From Polymyxa betae A26-41 (lineage: Eukaryota > Protista > Endomyxa: Phytomyxea), in contig RBZT01000478.1 of NCBI GenBank assembly GCA_003693705.1, positions 1-48,632 on the forward strand: a DNA stretch of 48,632 nucleotides, in the 5' to 3' direction. A program made the position numbers and the translations under genes. Shown one piece after another: positions 22,494-35,099 of the stretch. Position 1 is the first letter of the stretch, and each line of letters opens with the position of its first letter. Below the pieces are notes generated by a model that worked only from the letters and a program-made list of their open reading frames with translations, was not told where the DNA came from and did not search any database.

Positions 22494-23493
22494 CTAATCG
22501 TGAATGCCGCATTTCGTATTCGCAGGAACTGACGTCTCAGTCTTGCCCGGTTTCGGGAGATTCAGCTCGGCCATGATCTTGACGAACTCGTCGCGCGTCT
22601 TGGTCAGGCGCCGATTGTGCCGTTTCTCCTCGCCGATCGACGACGCCGTCAACCCTTTGTAATCGTGCGCCGGATACACCAACGTCTCGTCCGGCAGCGT
22701 GAACAGCTTCGCGTGAACGTTTTCATACAGCTTGACGCTATCGCCATCTGATCAAACCCTAAGCTGAACACTCGTCGAAACCCGTCGCTCCAGCAACCTT
22801 GAAAATCGGTACGACCGCATCCGCGAATCAGGAGAGTGTCTCCCGTAAACACCATCTTGGGCGTACTGGGATCCGCTCCTCGCAGCACGAAGCTCAAATC
22901 GCCGTTCGTATGGCCCGGCGTCTCGAAACATTCCAGATAGAATCTGTCGCGAGAATCAGCAGGACGATTTTCGATCGAGCAGAGCGACCGACTTGCCGAA
23001 TTCGATGCGATCGCGCTCGTTCAGCAAGACGTCGGCTTGAGCGCCGGCTTTCGACGAGATCATGCTCTTGACATTCGGCAGCCTTCGCTTGATCAATCCA
23101 GTTCCTGTAATATGATCTAACAAAATAATTAATCAATGAAAATAAATGTAAAAGAAAATTTAATCTTTATTCGTTTAAACTATATTTAAAAAAAAAACAA
23201 AAGCAACTGTTAAGTTTGTTATTGAAGGATTAATTAATTCCTGTAATATTTATAAATAAAGTAAAAAAATATTATTAATGATGATAAATGTTCAATAATC
23301 TCTTACCTGCATGCATATGGGTGTTAACGCCATAGATCAGATTTAGGCCCAATTCGTCGATCAGGCCCAGATCGCGATCGACGCAGACATCGACGGGATC
23401 GATCAGGATGGCGTGGCGCGTGTCGCGATCGGCCAGCAGGTAGGTGTAGGTCGACGTCTCCTTCTCGAACAGCTGCCGGAACAGGACGGCCAT
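22494..23493 (-). CDS. ETHE1: Persulfide dioxygenase (metallo-beta-lactamase fold), multi-exon; possible upstream ATG at 23544
   Basis: [25 protein letters not shown]|[35 protein letters not shown]. Confidence 0.95.
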
Positions 23494-23598
23494 CGCACCC
23501 TTTGTTGTGGATGAATTCCATCTGAGCGCTCGAACAGGCGTCATATAGCGTCGGATCGGTCACACGACTGCAACAAATTTCATTCGATGAGAACGCTC

Positions 23599-24257
23599 AG
23601 ATTCGCAGCGATGTTGTTCAGAGCAGGTTGGAGAATAGTAACCCTAACTGGAATTTCTGTATTCCGGCGACAGCGACGCTTCAGAGAACGAAATATGCGG
23701 GACAGTTGGGCTCGGTCTTTCATCATCAGAGAAGCAATCGCAAACGAAGTGAAACCTCACCGCCCTAATCCCCGGGTTGGTGCGTGAGAGTGTTTAATTG
23801 GATTATTGTTAAATATTCCTCTGCTTCATTTTATATGATTTAAATGACTTATCAATTTTTAAGTCGTTGCGTTTTATTTGAATTCTAGGTTGAAAATGAA
23901 TTTCGATTTTTTTATAATTAGGGTTTTGCTCGTTCTTCTGTTGCCATTCTTTTTTATATTGTCTGCGCTTCACTCTCTGGGTTTCGTTATAGAATTTCTT
24001 CTGCTCTTATCTTGGTCGTGAAGTTTTCTGTGTTTGTTAAGGCTGTCTCGTCTCATTTCTTTATTACAGACTTCACAATTGATTCTTTCGGATTGGTATT
24101 TGCTCTGTCTGCTTTATTGGCGTACAAAATTATTTATTTGACACCTTATTGGTTAGGGTTAGGGTTATGGAAAATGACGGATTGGGATTTTTTACTCGGG
24201 AAAATAATCTACACCTCCATCTTTTTAGCTTAGATTCGCAGCGATGTTGTTCAGAGC
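23599..24257. mobile_element. About 600-bp insertion flanked by 26-bp direct repeats, carrying a decayed Zn-finger/AP2-like gene
   Basis: AGATTCGCAGCGATGTTGTTCAGAGC at 23599-23624 and 24232-24257. Inward-facing telomeric motifs at 23639-23648 and 24152-24167. Confidence 0.7.
23790..24127 (-). pseudogene. Frameshifted homolog of the 89-aa ORF (2213-2482) with a C2H2-type finger
   Basis: Minus-strand pieces RINCEVCNKEMRRDSLNKHRKLH / KKEWQQKNEQNPNYKKIEIHFQPRIQIKRNDLKIDKSFKSY / EAEEYLTIIQ, compared with YQKKNEQNPNYKKITIHITDRNTYRIQVKRKDLRIDKSFKTYQEAEEYLKSIQ. Confidence 0.85.
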
Positions 24258-24732
24258 GATGAATTTTCCAACAATCAGCTGATTTCAGGGGTTCTTTTTG
24301 ATTCGCTTTGAGAATTTAGCTTAAGGTGAAACTTTCCGATGACGGATTGAAGCCGCATTCTAAGAAGAACGTCTTAGAGCGATAGCTCTACCGGTAATCT
24401 GACATCGTGAAGCTTTTACCTTCATTATCCAAAACAGCAGCAGAAGAGAACCCAAACTAGATCCGGAAAAAATTCTGTTCGAATAGAAACCGTCACTGTC
24501 TTTTCCTGCCGTCTTTCAGTTTGGACAAAAACCTGTCTGACTTCATCGTTGGCAATCAATCATACTTACAACACAGAATAGGAAAATAATCGGAAAAAAT
24601 GAAAGTTTATCGGAAATAAAATATAATATTTAAAGTTTATTTGGAATTAAAAAAATATTAACAAAGTTTTTTGATGGCGGAGTCCGTGGCTGACCTGAAG
24701 AAAACCGACTGCTTGAAAGTTGGGATTTTGAA

Positions 24733-25426
24733 ATGATGGAACCGAATTCTGTCGAGGAATTTGTGAAGCAGTATGCGTCTGAAGTCATACTGACCGAGAA
24801 CGCCAAGGTGAAGTTCACGATCACTGGCCATGAAGTCGCTTCGAACATCGAGGCTCTGCAAGCGTATCGTCAGAGCCGATCCTACACCAGAGCTCTGGCG
24901 AAGAAATTCAAAGGCTCGACCGATTTCGATTTTGGCGAATTCGCGCCCCATATTCGCCCTGTACGTTTGTCATCTTCTCATCGTATTTGCATAGACTGAA
25001 TTCTTCCAGGATAAGGAGGATCCGAATAAGGTTTTTTGCAAACTTACGAAGATCACGTTGAACAAAGATGTTGGAGAAGTTCGGAAGCATGTGAAGGGGC
25101 GACGATTCCAGCACCGTCTGCACGACTATAAGCTTCGAAAGGCGTCGAAGGGCACCTCTGACGAGTTCGATTATGCGTCGATGGAGGACGAGAGCGGCGA
25201 CGACAACGATCATGGCGGCAGCAGCCAACCTGATATGGAAGAGGGAGATGCCTTCGAAATCGTTCCAGTTCAGATGTCATCCGCTGAAGAGTCCGAAGCC
25301 GAGGGTGATGCGACTGGCGTCGATGAAGCCGAGGAAGTCGCCGCTCCTCCTACCAAGGCCAAACGCCCATCTCCAATGCCAACGGAGAAGTCCAAGTCGA
25401 AGCGAAGAAAGACGAGGGCGAACTAA
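24733..25426 (+). CDS. SURF2: Surfeit locus protein 2-like; intron about 24961-25009
   Basis: KVKFTITGHEV, FGEFAPHI, VFCKLTKITLNK..EVRKHVKGRRFQ, followed by an acidic then basic tail. Confidence 0.8.
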
Positions 25427-25485
25427 TCGCTGATTCTGTGATCATAATATAGAATAATTTATCGGGTTCGGGTATAAATAGGTTT

Positions 25486-26223
25486 TCAGACATTGCCAAA
25501 GAGCGAATTCGTGATTTTCGGCTCGATTTTGTGACTAGTGAATATCGAAGCACAGGCATCCGAAATCGGGAGCATTTCCGTTGCTTTTTTAACGCCATTG
25601 GTGGTCTTGTCGGAATGGCTCTTGTGCTCCCTCTTTTTCTTCTTCGACGGTTTGCCATTCGGTACGGGAAGCTTCGCTCGAAGCTTCTCTTGTTCTTCCG
25701 GGCTGGGGTTCACAATAACGAAATTGTCTTCGATGGCTTGCTCTGAATCAATCGAAGCGCGAAGCTGAGCATGACAAGAAAGACAAGTCGCTGACGGGAT
25801 TTCTTTCAAAGCTCTTTCAGATAACACGCAACCGCATTCGGTCGAAATGAAAAACCTGTACTTGCCATTACCCGGAAGCATCGTGATAGGGCAGCAGAAG
25901 ACGAGCTTATCAGCTGTTTTCTCGGATGGATTGTCATCAGGAGCAGGCGTGAATTTCAAATCTTGAACGTCTTTCAGCGATTTGATATGTAAGAACTTGT
26001 CAACATGATTCTTGCTGATCAGATATTGTATCAAGGCGTCCTTGTTGTAGAGCATACCGAGACGGCAGGCGACGATCGGGGCCTGCAGGCGATTCTGACT
26101 AATGGCGCAGATAAACCAACGCGCTGCAGACGTCTCGGCAACGACATTGTCATCGGCCTTGGTAGATTTGCGCTTCTTAACGAGATCGCGGCGGCCGGGA
26201 ATCGAGCCTCCATCACAACCCAT
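25486..26223 (-). CDS. RTF2: Replication termination factor 2
   Basis: MGCDGGSIP, CAISQNRLQAPIVACRLGMLYNKDALI, HIKSLKDV, CPITMLPGNGKYRF, CGCVLSERALKE. Confidence 0.95.
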   Translation of the reverse strand: MGCDGGSIPGRRDLVKKRKSTKADDNVVAETSAARWFICAISQNRLQAPIVACRLGMLYNKDALIQYLISKNHVDKFLHIKSLKDVQDLKFTPAPDDNPSEKTADKLVFCCPITMLPGNGKYRFFISTECGCVLSERALKEIPSATCLSCHAQLRASIDSEQAIEDNFVIVNPSPEEQEKLRAKLPVPNGKPSKKKKREHKSHSDKTTNGVKKATEMLPISDACASIFTSHKIEPKITNSLFGNV

Positions 26224-26838
26224 GATGTAAAGTTCGAGACAGTGATAAGAACTGTGGATTTAGACCAGCGCATATTTTGATGAACTTTTTTACGGACTTA
26301 TATATTTGATTTTGCCTTTAGTCAGTCCCGCCATCAGCCGATCTCATTTTATCGGGTGCGTCTGTGATTAGATACGTTTGTGATTAGATACTCTCAATTG
26401 CTGCAAGCTTATCGCCAGTATACGGCTTCGACGAATTGCAAAGGAATGTCGGATTCTGAGCAGCTCGCGATGGACTGGTCGACAGTACTCGTGCCTCAAC
26501 GTAGAGCGAGCCGCATTGCTACTAGTCTAAATAAGCAGGGGGTAGAAAGCTTCTCTCGACGGCCTCGTAGCTCGGCTGGCAAACGCGCTGATCCTGGTCA
26601 AACTAAAAAAGCGGTTAAATCTAAAACAGGTAAAAATTCTATCATTTCGCTTAATTTAGAGTCTAACAGCGAGCTACAGTCGTGAAACAAGAAATCCAGC
26701 CGATCCAGTCTGGTGGCATTCCTGAATCAGACGGAATTATATTTGATGAACCTAGCGTTGATACTGTCACCATTTTCTCTTTTTCTGAATTTGCTGGCCG
26801 AATTGGAGCTCCTTTTCTTCGGTAGCTTTGATCTTTGC

Positions 26839-28535
26839 TTATTTCGGGACGGCACTTGCTGTAGCACTGGAAAGCTTGGTAAGGTATAGATAAGCGTCTA
26901 GGCCATAACCGTCCATTGGTATTAAAACCTGCGTTCTCAGTATGCCATTTTCAATGAGTATGATCCACCAGATTACTTACTAGATCTATATGCAAAGTTA
27001 CATTTTGCGGTGGAATAAAGACTCAAGAATGTACCTCCTTTAAATGCTCTTGCATGCAGCCTTGAAATTGGAAGCCCATATCCTTTACTGGAGTGTAAGC
27101 GTTAATACAAAACATTGTTAACGAGCATACCGAATCCTGCCATTGGAGCGCCGACTGGTAAAACATAAGGTGGATCAAAAACGGTTCTGCGATTTCTTAC
27201 TTAATCCACCAATTGATGCATTTTTATCCGAATCGATTGGATTTTTGGGTGTTGGAGCGGTTGTATATGAGTATGTCCATACTAGATCAATGTCTTTTCA
27301 TTTTCAATGAGTTTCTTCGATTCAAAGATTTCACAAAATTAACCTTTTCGACGAATGCCACCGCCACAATCTGTTACTGTTAAAATGTTACAATACTGTC
27401 ATTTGAACAATGCAAATTCGAACCTTTCATGACGATATCGTCTTCTCCGTCTGCAATAACTAAAACAGCTTTTAATATCACTCTCGATAAGATTTCATCT
27501 TTACCGATTTCAATAGGAGGCAGCTCGCCGTTCGATTTGCCATGTTTTTCAACGACAGCTCGCATAGAGTTCTTCAGCAGCCTTTACGAACTTTTAAGCC
27601 AAATATATCAGCCATATATGGTTGCATTACTCAAAGAGAATGTAATGAATATGGTCAGGAATATATGGAAAGGCGAGCTTCACATGGCCCTTGACCTCAA
27701 CTAATTTAGCCAAATCATTCATCTTGGTGAGAAGTAGCAGAAATGCTTAATTGGTCACCTTCTGGGACCATTCCTAGAGTTCTTTCACAAAGCTCTGATG
27801 AATCGGATATTGCATCTTTCCACAAAAAATCAGTCGAAAATTTCCGCCAACAAATGTTCGCTACCTGCAAGCACTTTGGCAGGGGAACACTCCTCTTGGA
27901 TGACGCCAACCCAGCCAGGTTTGCTCTCATGCAAAGCAATATGATGTGCTGAAAATCCAAGCGTCAACCAACTACAGGCGTTATGTATTGCTCTTACCAA
28001 TAAGGATTCGGATACCAATTCGTGAGAAGTAGAATCGATCTAGGAAATCCTGAAGAAATGGACACTCATCGATGAACGTATAGCCTGAAGCTTGATTGAA
28101 AGATAATGCTTTGAGTTCTTTAATGCCCATTGCCATTAAAGGGACAACGTCTCTGTGGCGTTGAAGCATGCCATGAATAACCTCCTTAAATTCTAGCTCT
28201 CCCTGCGCCGTATTTGGTTTCGGCGAATTGTTTAGCAGTTTGAAAGAATCGACATATAGGTTATGAACTTTCTTTACACTTGGCATCGCCGACAGCCCGT
28301 ATGGGAGATTTTCAAGCTCGAGAACTCGCTTGGCTAGCCGAATCGGTAACTCCTCACGAAGAAAAAGGGCGCTCTGGATCAAAGCAGCAGACGATGATTT
28401 AACACGCCCGATATCAAACATGGTACGAAGAGTGACGTCAGTCTGATTCTTCATGGAGACGTCTCGAATCTCTTTCACAGTAAACAGCGACATGAACCGT
28501 CGCTGGGCGCAACGACAAGCGACTGACATGACCAT
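26839..28535 (-). CDS. PDK: Mitochondrial pyruvate dehydrogenase kinase, multi-exon
   Basis: FLREELPIRLAKRV, FLDRFYFSRIGIRILIG|QHIALH, ILFE|LLKNSMRAVVE, DCGGGI, PMAGFG|YGLPISRL, DGYGLDAYLYL. Confidence 0.93.
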
Positions 28536-28749
28536 GGCAGAAATAGACTAGAAACGTTCACGACTCTATGACTGTGATGGGAACGTCTAGAACTCGGGTC
28601 ACTTTCCGGAACCGCCCAATAAACCTTTCAAGCAGAAGTTTGCTGTATTGCCTGTCACCGTTGCAAATCTATGGCATGGTTTTGGTGGAGAGCAGCCTTC
28701 AGATGGGTAACGACGACTATGATCTAAATGCCCTTGTAGTAGCTACGTA

Positions 28750-30684
28750 GAAACATTCAAAGAAAGAGGCCCCTCTGATCTTCACTTCAATATAAAAACA
28801 TTGACAACAACATGTGAGGTTTAGCCAGACCGGGTGATCCTTTCGTAGTCTTTGCTGGCCATCTATTCGCAATGATTAGCCAGGAAGTGAGGCGAATGTC
28901 AGAAGATTACGTGAGTGAAGGTCACCAGAACATGACGGACGCATCGAGTCGATTGCTTTCGCGCTACCTCATCGCATTCGGAACGCTCGCGTTCGCTCAT
29001 CTTTTCGTATGCGAACAGATCGCATAGATGATTCACCAGACCCGCTGGAGTTATTTCTACGCTTTCGCCGTAATCTCTTAACCATCTATTGATTTCTGTT
29101 AGTACAGTCTGCTGCATAAAAAAGTAAATCATTGCTTTAAAACAATCCGCAAACAGTTATTAACAAAATACCTCTTACACTGCGGCAAATGCTTGACAGA
29201 ATAATTGAAGTTGCAGCTAAGGCAGAATTCAGAATATTGCTTTTTTTACCAAAGACTTACGCGGTTGGCTGCGAAACTCATAATCTGTTCAAATTCTTCA
29301 AATGCCAGGTCTGTGGCATCACCAAACGCAGTTTTTAAAGTTTGATATGAGTTCAAATCGGCGACAATCGGGCTGTCATCGCCGGGGTTGTCAAGAGGAT
29401 AGAACATAGAAAATGGATCGGGATTCTCCATTAGAAAGTTACGTGTTAGAAGTGCAAAATTTGTGCTGAACATGAGGATGTTGCTATGGCAATTCAGAGT
29501 CGAATCGGCGTTTCGAAATCAAATCCGCTTACAACATGGTTTGGTCAAACTGGTTCAATATTCGTCCAATCAACTACAGAACCTTCGATCAGAAAAACGA
29601 GTGTAAGGATCGAAACTTGATTTAACCGTAAACAACTTTTAGAAGACAGAAAGCCAAAGAAAATGAATTTATAAAGTGTCAAAGGGTGAACTAACAGCAA
29701 GATGCGGTGGTAGGCGCTCAAGAGGGTATCGCTCCAGAATCGAGACGCTGCCTGTGTGGACTTTTGACAGCAGCCTTGGCATCGCCTGGACGACCTCTTG
29801 CTCGGGCGACGGCGTCGTCATTTCCGCTGAATGATCGAAATCGCAGTTAATTTGCGCCGCCTTGACCACGAAATCAGCCTGGCGACTTCGAACAAGATCT
29901 ATGATTTGAGAATATATTCCAATTACTGTAAAGTTCGTATTGTTTTCAGAGCGATATGTTGTAGCTGCATCGCTTCGTTGCTGTACTGCTCAACAACTTG
30001 CTCAGAAGATTGCATGATCTCCTGAGATTTAACAGTTCCATCAAGGGCATTAGCTTGCTAAAACTTGCTCCAAACAGCTACTCGACATTATTACGAACTG
30101 GGCTTGCACCAACATGTGCTTTGACAGCAATCTCGCAGGTTCGGTCGTCAACCGTCGCAATGACGCGTTTTGATATGAATCCATATATAAAGCTATTCCA
30201 ACAAGCATTATAAACTATTATCACCAATCCCCAAGCTGATTGTACCCTTTGTCAATCCCAATTTATTTCCAGAAGGTCTACCTTGCAACGAAAACGTTAG
30301 TAAAAATAACCACAACAAGCGCTCATCGACTTAATATCATCAGTAAGCAATGCGAAAGGGCAATCAAGGAATACGGATCAATGGAACCGTTAAAAAAAAA
30401 GAGACATAACGGAGCCTTCAGCTGCTGATAGACAAACGATGATGCTGCGTCGTCGAGTAATCCTAAACAGTCATCGTTTGTATATGATCAGCTGAAAGCA
30501 TCACATCAACATAAACCGATGGCCGATTCATTCAAGATACCTCTCCGGGAGACCGTAACTTCGAGATTGCCGAACGAAGCATTCGGAGCGCGTAGGGCCC
30601 TACACTGAACAATCGACTCGAGCTTCATTGAGAGCACTCTCTTGAGCTTTCAGCGCCAGATAGGTAGATAGTGGTATGGACCAT
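28750..30684 (-). CDS. Hypothetical multi-exon protein; boundaries approximate
   Basis: Several protein-like minus-strand ORF segments (29669-29869, 29246-29473, 28899-29132) separated by short intron-like gaps. No family recognised. Confidence 0.4.
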
Positions 30685-30707
30685 AGGTTTATGTTTCGGA
30701 CATTTAT

Positions 30708-32837
30708 TTAACAATCGATCTCACCGTCGAGCTCATACTGGGTAGCTGAATCCACCATGGTGGCTGTCGTATTCACCAGCCGTGCTTGAAGACGGCAAAT
30801 GTCTTGATAGGTCTTCTGGTAGCTACTGGCGGCCTCGTCGTGCTCGCGAAGGGCGTCCTGGATCTCGGATTCGATCCGGTTGGATTCAGCGGCTGTAGTT
30901 CGGACGGCGTCGAGCTGACGGCGCGTTTGCTGCAGAAGCATTTGCATGATATTGGCCTGCGATTCTAGTTGACGAGCGCTGCTCTCCATATAATTGAACT
31001 GCGATGTGAGTTCATTTATTTGAATCTGCTCACGAAGCTCTGCGAGCTCGCGTTCGGCACGGACGTTCTTCTCCTTCTCAGACGCAAGCTCGGATTGTGT
31101 ATGAGCCAGTACGCCTTTCAAAGTGCTTATTTGGTCCGTGCTCTGTTGTAGCTTTCGAATATCTTGTCGGATGCTTTCGAAGTTTTGGAAGAATACATCG
31201 CCCTGGTCTTGAAACTGCTCCATCTCGATCATCAGATTATTCGATTCTTGCTCTACCTTGCAGAGAAGATTTTGGTTTTTGGTTCCGTTCTCCAACAACG
31301 TCGATATTGTGTCTTGCGCTTCCCTCAATTTGCTTGAAAACTCGGCTCCTCGTCCTTTCGCGTTCAGCAGTTCTTCTTCCAATAGCGCCAAACGGCTTGA
31401 TAGACTTTCATGATCAGGGAGCTTATGTTCAGCACCAGCACCAGACAATGACGATCTTTCAGCAGGTCTCTCCACTTGAGCCTGGGCTTCTTTTGATTCT
31501 AGTATTGACTCGCTGTCCTGCTGGTCAACAAACACGTCGGATCCGCTGTCTTCTTGACTAGAAGGTTCTTCGCGAGGTTCCTGTTGCTCGACTTGGTCTG
31601 ATTCGGAGAACCCTTCGGTTGAAGTCGCTTTGGGAGAAGTCTCGGCGATCTGAGACGATGTTCTCAATGCCAAAGTTGACTCTGGACTAAGGCGAGGTTC
31701 GACAACGCCCGTTATCTGTTGACTTTGGTCAGGCATCTCATCATCGTCAAAATTCAGCGTTCGTCGAGCCAAAGGTACGGGTTTCTCACAAACAACAAAC
31801 GACCTTCCTGAAGATGGCGTCCGAAATTCTGACTGAATCATACTGGTTCTGGCCTTGACAGCCGGAGTGCCAATCGAAGGCGAGCGACTTCGCTCACGTT
31901 GAGGATTTTTCTGGGAAGGCGACGTAGGTTTAAGTTTTGGAGATGAGTTCGGTTCCTCAGCGGTAGCGAACTCGTCGCGCAGCGATTCGGCTCGTTCGGC
32001 TGATTTCCTGGCACCTCCGCTTTGTCGAGGTTGCGGCCATGGCGGTAAAGATTCAGAATCAGCAGTTAGCTGCGATATTGATCGACGCTGTTTTGCAGAT
32101 ACAGAGGGAAGAATGGAGGAAGACTGGTTCAAGGTTGGCCGGCGCAGAGCCTCTTCTTCATCTCTGTCCGAATCGTGCGAGCATCTACGAGAGGATTGTT
32201 CATCATCATCATCGCTGTCAGCAGGAATGAACCAGGATAAACCAGATGGTGTTCGTGGAGATGAAATTGTTGTACGCGACGACAGAGGTGAAGACGCTAT
32301 TCGAGTGGGTGTCACAGGCTTTCGCGGAGATGGCGACACCGATGTTATCCTGAATGATGTCGTCGCTGAAGGTTTTGTTCCGGTGGAGACGCCGAAGAAA
32401 CCGGTTCGTTGAGCAACGCTAGTGAGTTCTTGCTGCAAGCTCAACGCTTTCCAGGACACGTCGGGAGCGTTCCCTTGAATGATATCGAACAAAAGGCTGA
32501 GAGTTGCTAAGAACGACCCTTCATAATACTCACGAACTGCTCGTCGAGTATCTCGTGGAAATAAACCCGATACCGGACTACAAGCTGAATCGACAACAGT
32601 GCAGACAAAACCTTCCAGTTTCGCCCACGAGTTCGTATTCTTCGCTGTCAATTTTTTCTCGATTTCGCGATAAAGTAGATCGCGGGCTTTGTTGACCTCA
32701 GGCATTGTCGATTCGATTGCTAAAATAAGCATCCTTAAATGATCTATCTGCCGCATTACGACGGCGGCGACTTCATCTAAAGAGTTGGCGCCCAGGCGGC
32801 TCCTAAGGAGCGCCGTTATAGCCGCCGAGGTCGCCAT
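30708..32837 (-). CDS. Hypothetical protein with Ser/Pro-rich middle and coiled-coil C-terminus (about 710 aa)
   Basis: Long uninterrupted ORF with a heptad-rich C-terminal third. Confidence 0.75.
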   Translation of the reverse strand: MATSAAITALLRSRLGANSLDEVAAVVMRQIDHLRMLILAIESTMPEVNKARDLLYREIEKKLTAKNTNSWAKLEGFVCTVVDSACSPVSGLFPRDTRRAVREYYEGSFLATLSLLFDIIQGNAPDVSWKALSLQQELTSVAQRTGFFGVSTGTKPSATTSFRITSVSPSPRKPVTPTRIASSPLSSRTTISSPRTPSGLSWFIPADSDDDDEQSSRRCSHDSDRDEEEALRRPTLNQSSSILPSVSAKQRRSISQLTADSESLPPWPQPRQSGGARKSAERAESLRDEFATAEEPNSSPKLKPTSPSQKNPQRERSRSPSIGTPAVKARTSMIQSEFRTPSSGRSFVVCEKPVPLARRTLNFDDDEMPDQSQQITGVVEPRLSPESTLALRTSSQIAETSPKATSTEGFSESDQVEQQEPREEPSSQEDSGSDVFVDQQDSESILESKEAQAQVERPAERSSLSGAGAEHKLPDHESLSSRLALLEEELLNAKGRGAEFSSKLREAQDTISTLLENGTKNQNLLCKVEQESNNLMIEMEQFQDQGDVFFQNFESIRQDIRKLQQSTDQISTLKGVLAHTQSELASEKEKNVRAERELAELREQIQINELTSQFNYMESSARQLESQANIMQMLLQQTRRQLDAVRTTAAESNRIESEIQDALREHDEAASSYQKTYQDICRLQARLVNTTATMVDSATQYELDGEIDC

Positions 32838-33860
32838 ACAGAAACTAATGAATATCTCTTTCACCGTGGATGGCTCTGTCCATGATCGGATCGTGATTCA
32901 CCATCGTCCTGCCGACAATTCACGTTGACGCGAATCTTTGCTACAGGATAGACAGAGAAGCTGACTATGGTGACTCATTCACTGTCTCATTAAAAAGATT
33001 CGTTACGCTAGAAGGGTGTCGCTCATTGTCGACTGAAGTTAGGGTTCTAGGGTTTGTTTGACTTGCGCCTGTGCCAGCTGTATGGGGTGATGGGGTCGAT
33101 GAAGTCGTCAAGGCAAAATGGTGGTGGCCTTGGAGCCGCCAGCATTTGATGTCTGCAATTTGTGCAATCGGGACTGCGCCTGATCGCATGTCCATCGACT
33201 CCGCCGACTGTTGCTGCAGGTCATCCCCGGCGTGTGGCAATGTATTTTGCCAACTGGAGTAATTAGGAGCCAGCAAGAACGTCAATCAAATATCTTGTTG
33301 TGATATTCCTTTCGACCCTATGATTCGGGTTAGCTGCCAATCTGGAGGTAAGGCAGATGACACCGCGGAATCTTGCAACATTCAACGACCCGTTGCCTCT
33401 AGAATCTCGACACATTTCGAACGACGTCTCTATATAGGTCGCGACGGCATCATTCCCATAACAATGTCCCTTCCACATTTTGTCGCATATTGTCGTAGAA
33501 TGGAATTTCTAATCGCAGATTTCCTGGCCGTGACATCCTTCCGGAGAGATGACCTGTATGAACGAACGGACGATAAATGTTCGTGGTCTCCTTTCCTTCA
33601 TGGTTGGAACCACGTCGACATTAAACCTGCAAGGCCACGCCCATTGATGTACTTCTTTTGAAGTCGAAAACGATGCATTGATTTAAGGACAGCACGCCAG
33701 ATTAGTTAGGGTTCTAGGGTTTATTGCGTGCTTGTCAATCAGCTTTAACCATGGGGGACCACATGGGGCAATGGGGTGGTGGGGTCGTAGAGGGGATGGG
33801 TTCGAGTCCTAAAGACGATCTCTTTATTATCCGTTTATGTGAACGAATCGCATAATTGAT

Positions 33861-35041
33861 ATGTCGTCTGTCTTGCCGTGGCCGATCTCGGAGTCGCTTC
33901 CTCAGCACCGGCCCAGCGACGACTCCCTGGCCCAGGACGTCTTTCAGACGTTCGTCTTCGTCGGCGTTGGGGTCCTTTCAAGGATATGGCTGTATGGGCT
34001 GAACGACCTGAAAGTGTCAGGTGCCGGCTATCTCCAGGAATTGCTGCATACCAGATCGGTGAGGAAAGCGCCTGTGATTACGGTCACGAACCATAACTCG
34101 ACAATCGACGATCCGGCTCTGCTTAGCTTGCTGGTGCCATTTCGAGTACTGATGCATCCAGATCGATGCTGTTGGTCATGGTATGGCCAGGGATTTGCTT
34201 TCTGGATATCGTAAAACAATAGCGTCGGCGATACATAGGTGTGCTAAAGAAATCTGCTTTGCCAACCCTATTTACTCTGCTTTCTTTCACAATGTCAAAA
34301 CGATTCCGATTATTAGAGGCAATGGCGTTCGTCAACCGGTAAAAATGACTTTTTTCAATCAACTTTTATACTTGAATGTTGTTTGATAATCTGCAACCGC
34401 TTTCTACATGCGAATTTGATATTTTGTTTACGAGCTTTCATTCTACAGGCTGTCGGAAGGATGATTTCGTATGGTTTGAATGGATCATGGATCCACGTTT
34501 TTCCAGAAGGGAAAGTGATTCAGGCCGCTGCGGGTGAGCGTCTCCAGATCCGGCCATTACGATGGGGCGTCGGACGTCTGATCACCGAAATCTCCCGCAT
34601 TCGTGAGCCCGATTTCGATCTGCAAAACTGCCCGGTCGTGATCCCGTTCGTTCATCGCGGCATGCAGGACGTGCTGCCTCTTAAGACGCACGTCCCTCGC
34701 ATCAACAATAAGGTCTGTTCAACCAAGCCGAATCAAGAGATCTGACCCAAAACTACTCAGGTGCGAGTTCTATTCGGGGATCCGATCCAGTACGACGACC
34801 TAATTACCGAGCACATCAAAGTCAATTCGCATCGGTATTTCGTTCTGATCGATTATGACAGACCCGGATAGTTGATAGTGGGTTTCAAAGGTTGGATTGG
34901 AACGATCCGATGAGGACCGTGGATGAGGAGCTCTATGCAAAGATTACGAAACGGATCGAGAACGAACTTCGTCGTTTAATGAAGCAATTGAACGAAATGG
35001 TGGAAGAAGAGGAGCAAATCCAGTCAATATCCAATGTATAA
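33861..35041 (+). CDS. TAZ: Tafazzin (phospholipid transacylase), multi-exon
   Basis: ITVTNHNSTIDDP, CAKEICF, IPIIRGNGVRQP, WIHVFPEGKV, LRWGVGRLI, PFVHRGMQDVLP. Confidence 0.93.
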
Positions 35042-35099
35042 TATATCGTTGTCGATTGCCTACACCTTTAAGGTGCCTTGTTAGCGAATCTCATCATTA

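Noticed and set aside
32965-33661. Short ORFs upstream of the 718-aa gene
   Set aside because: No recognisable motifs. They could be upstream exons but there is no support.
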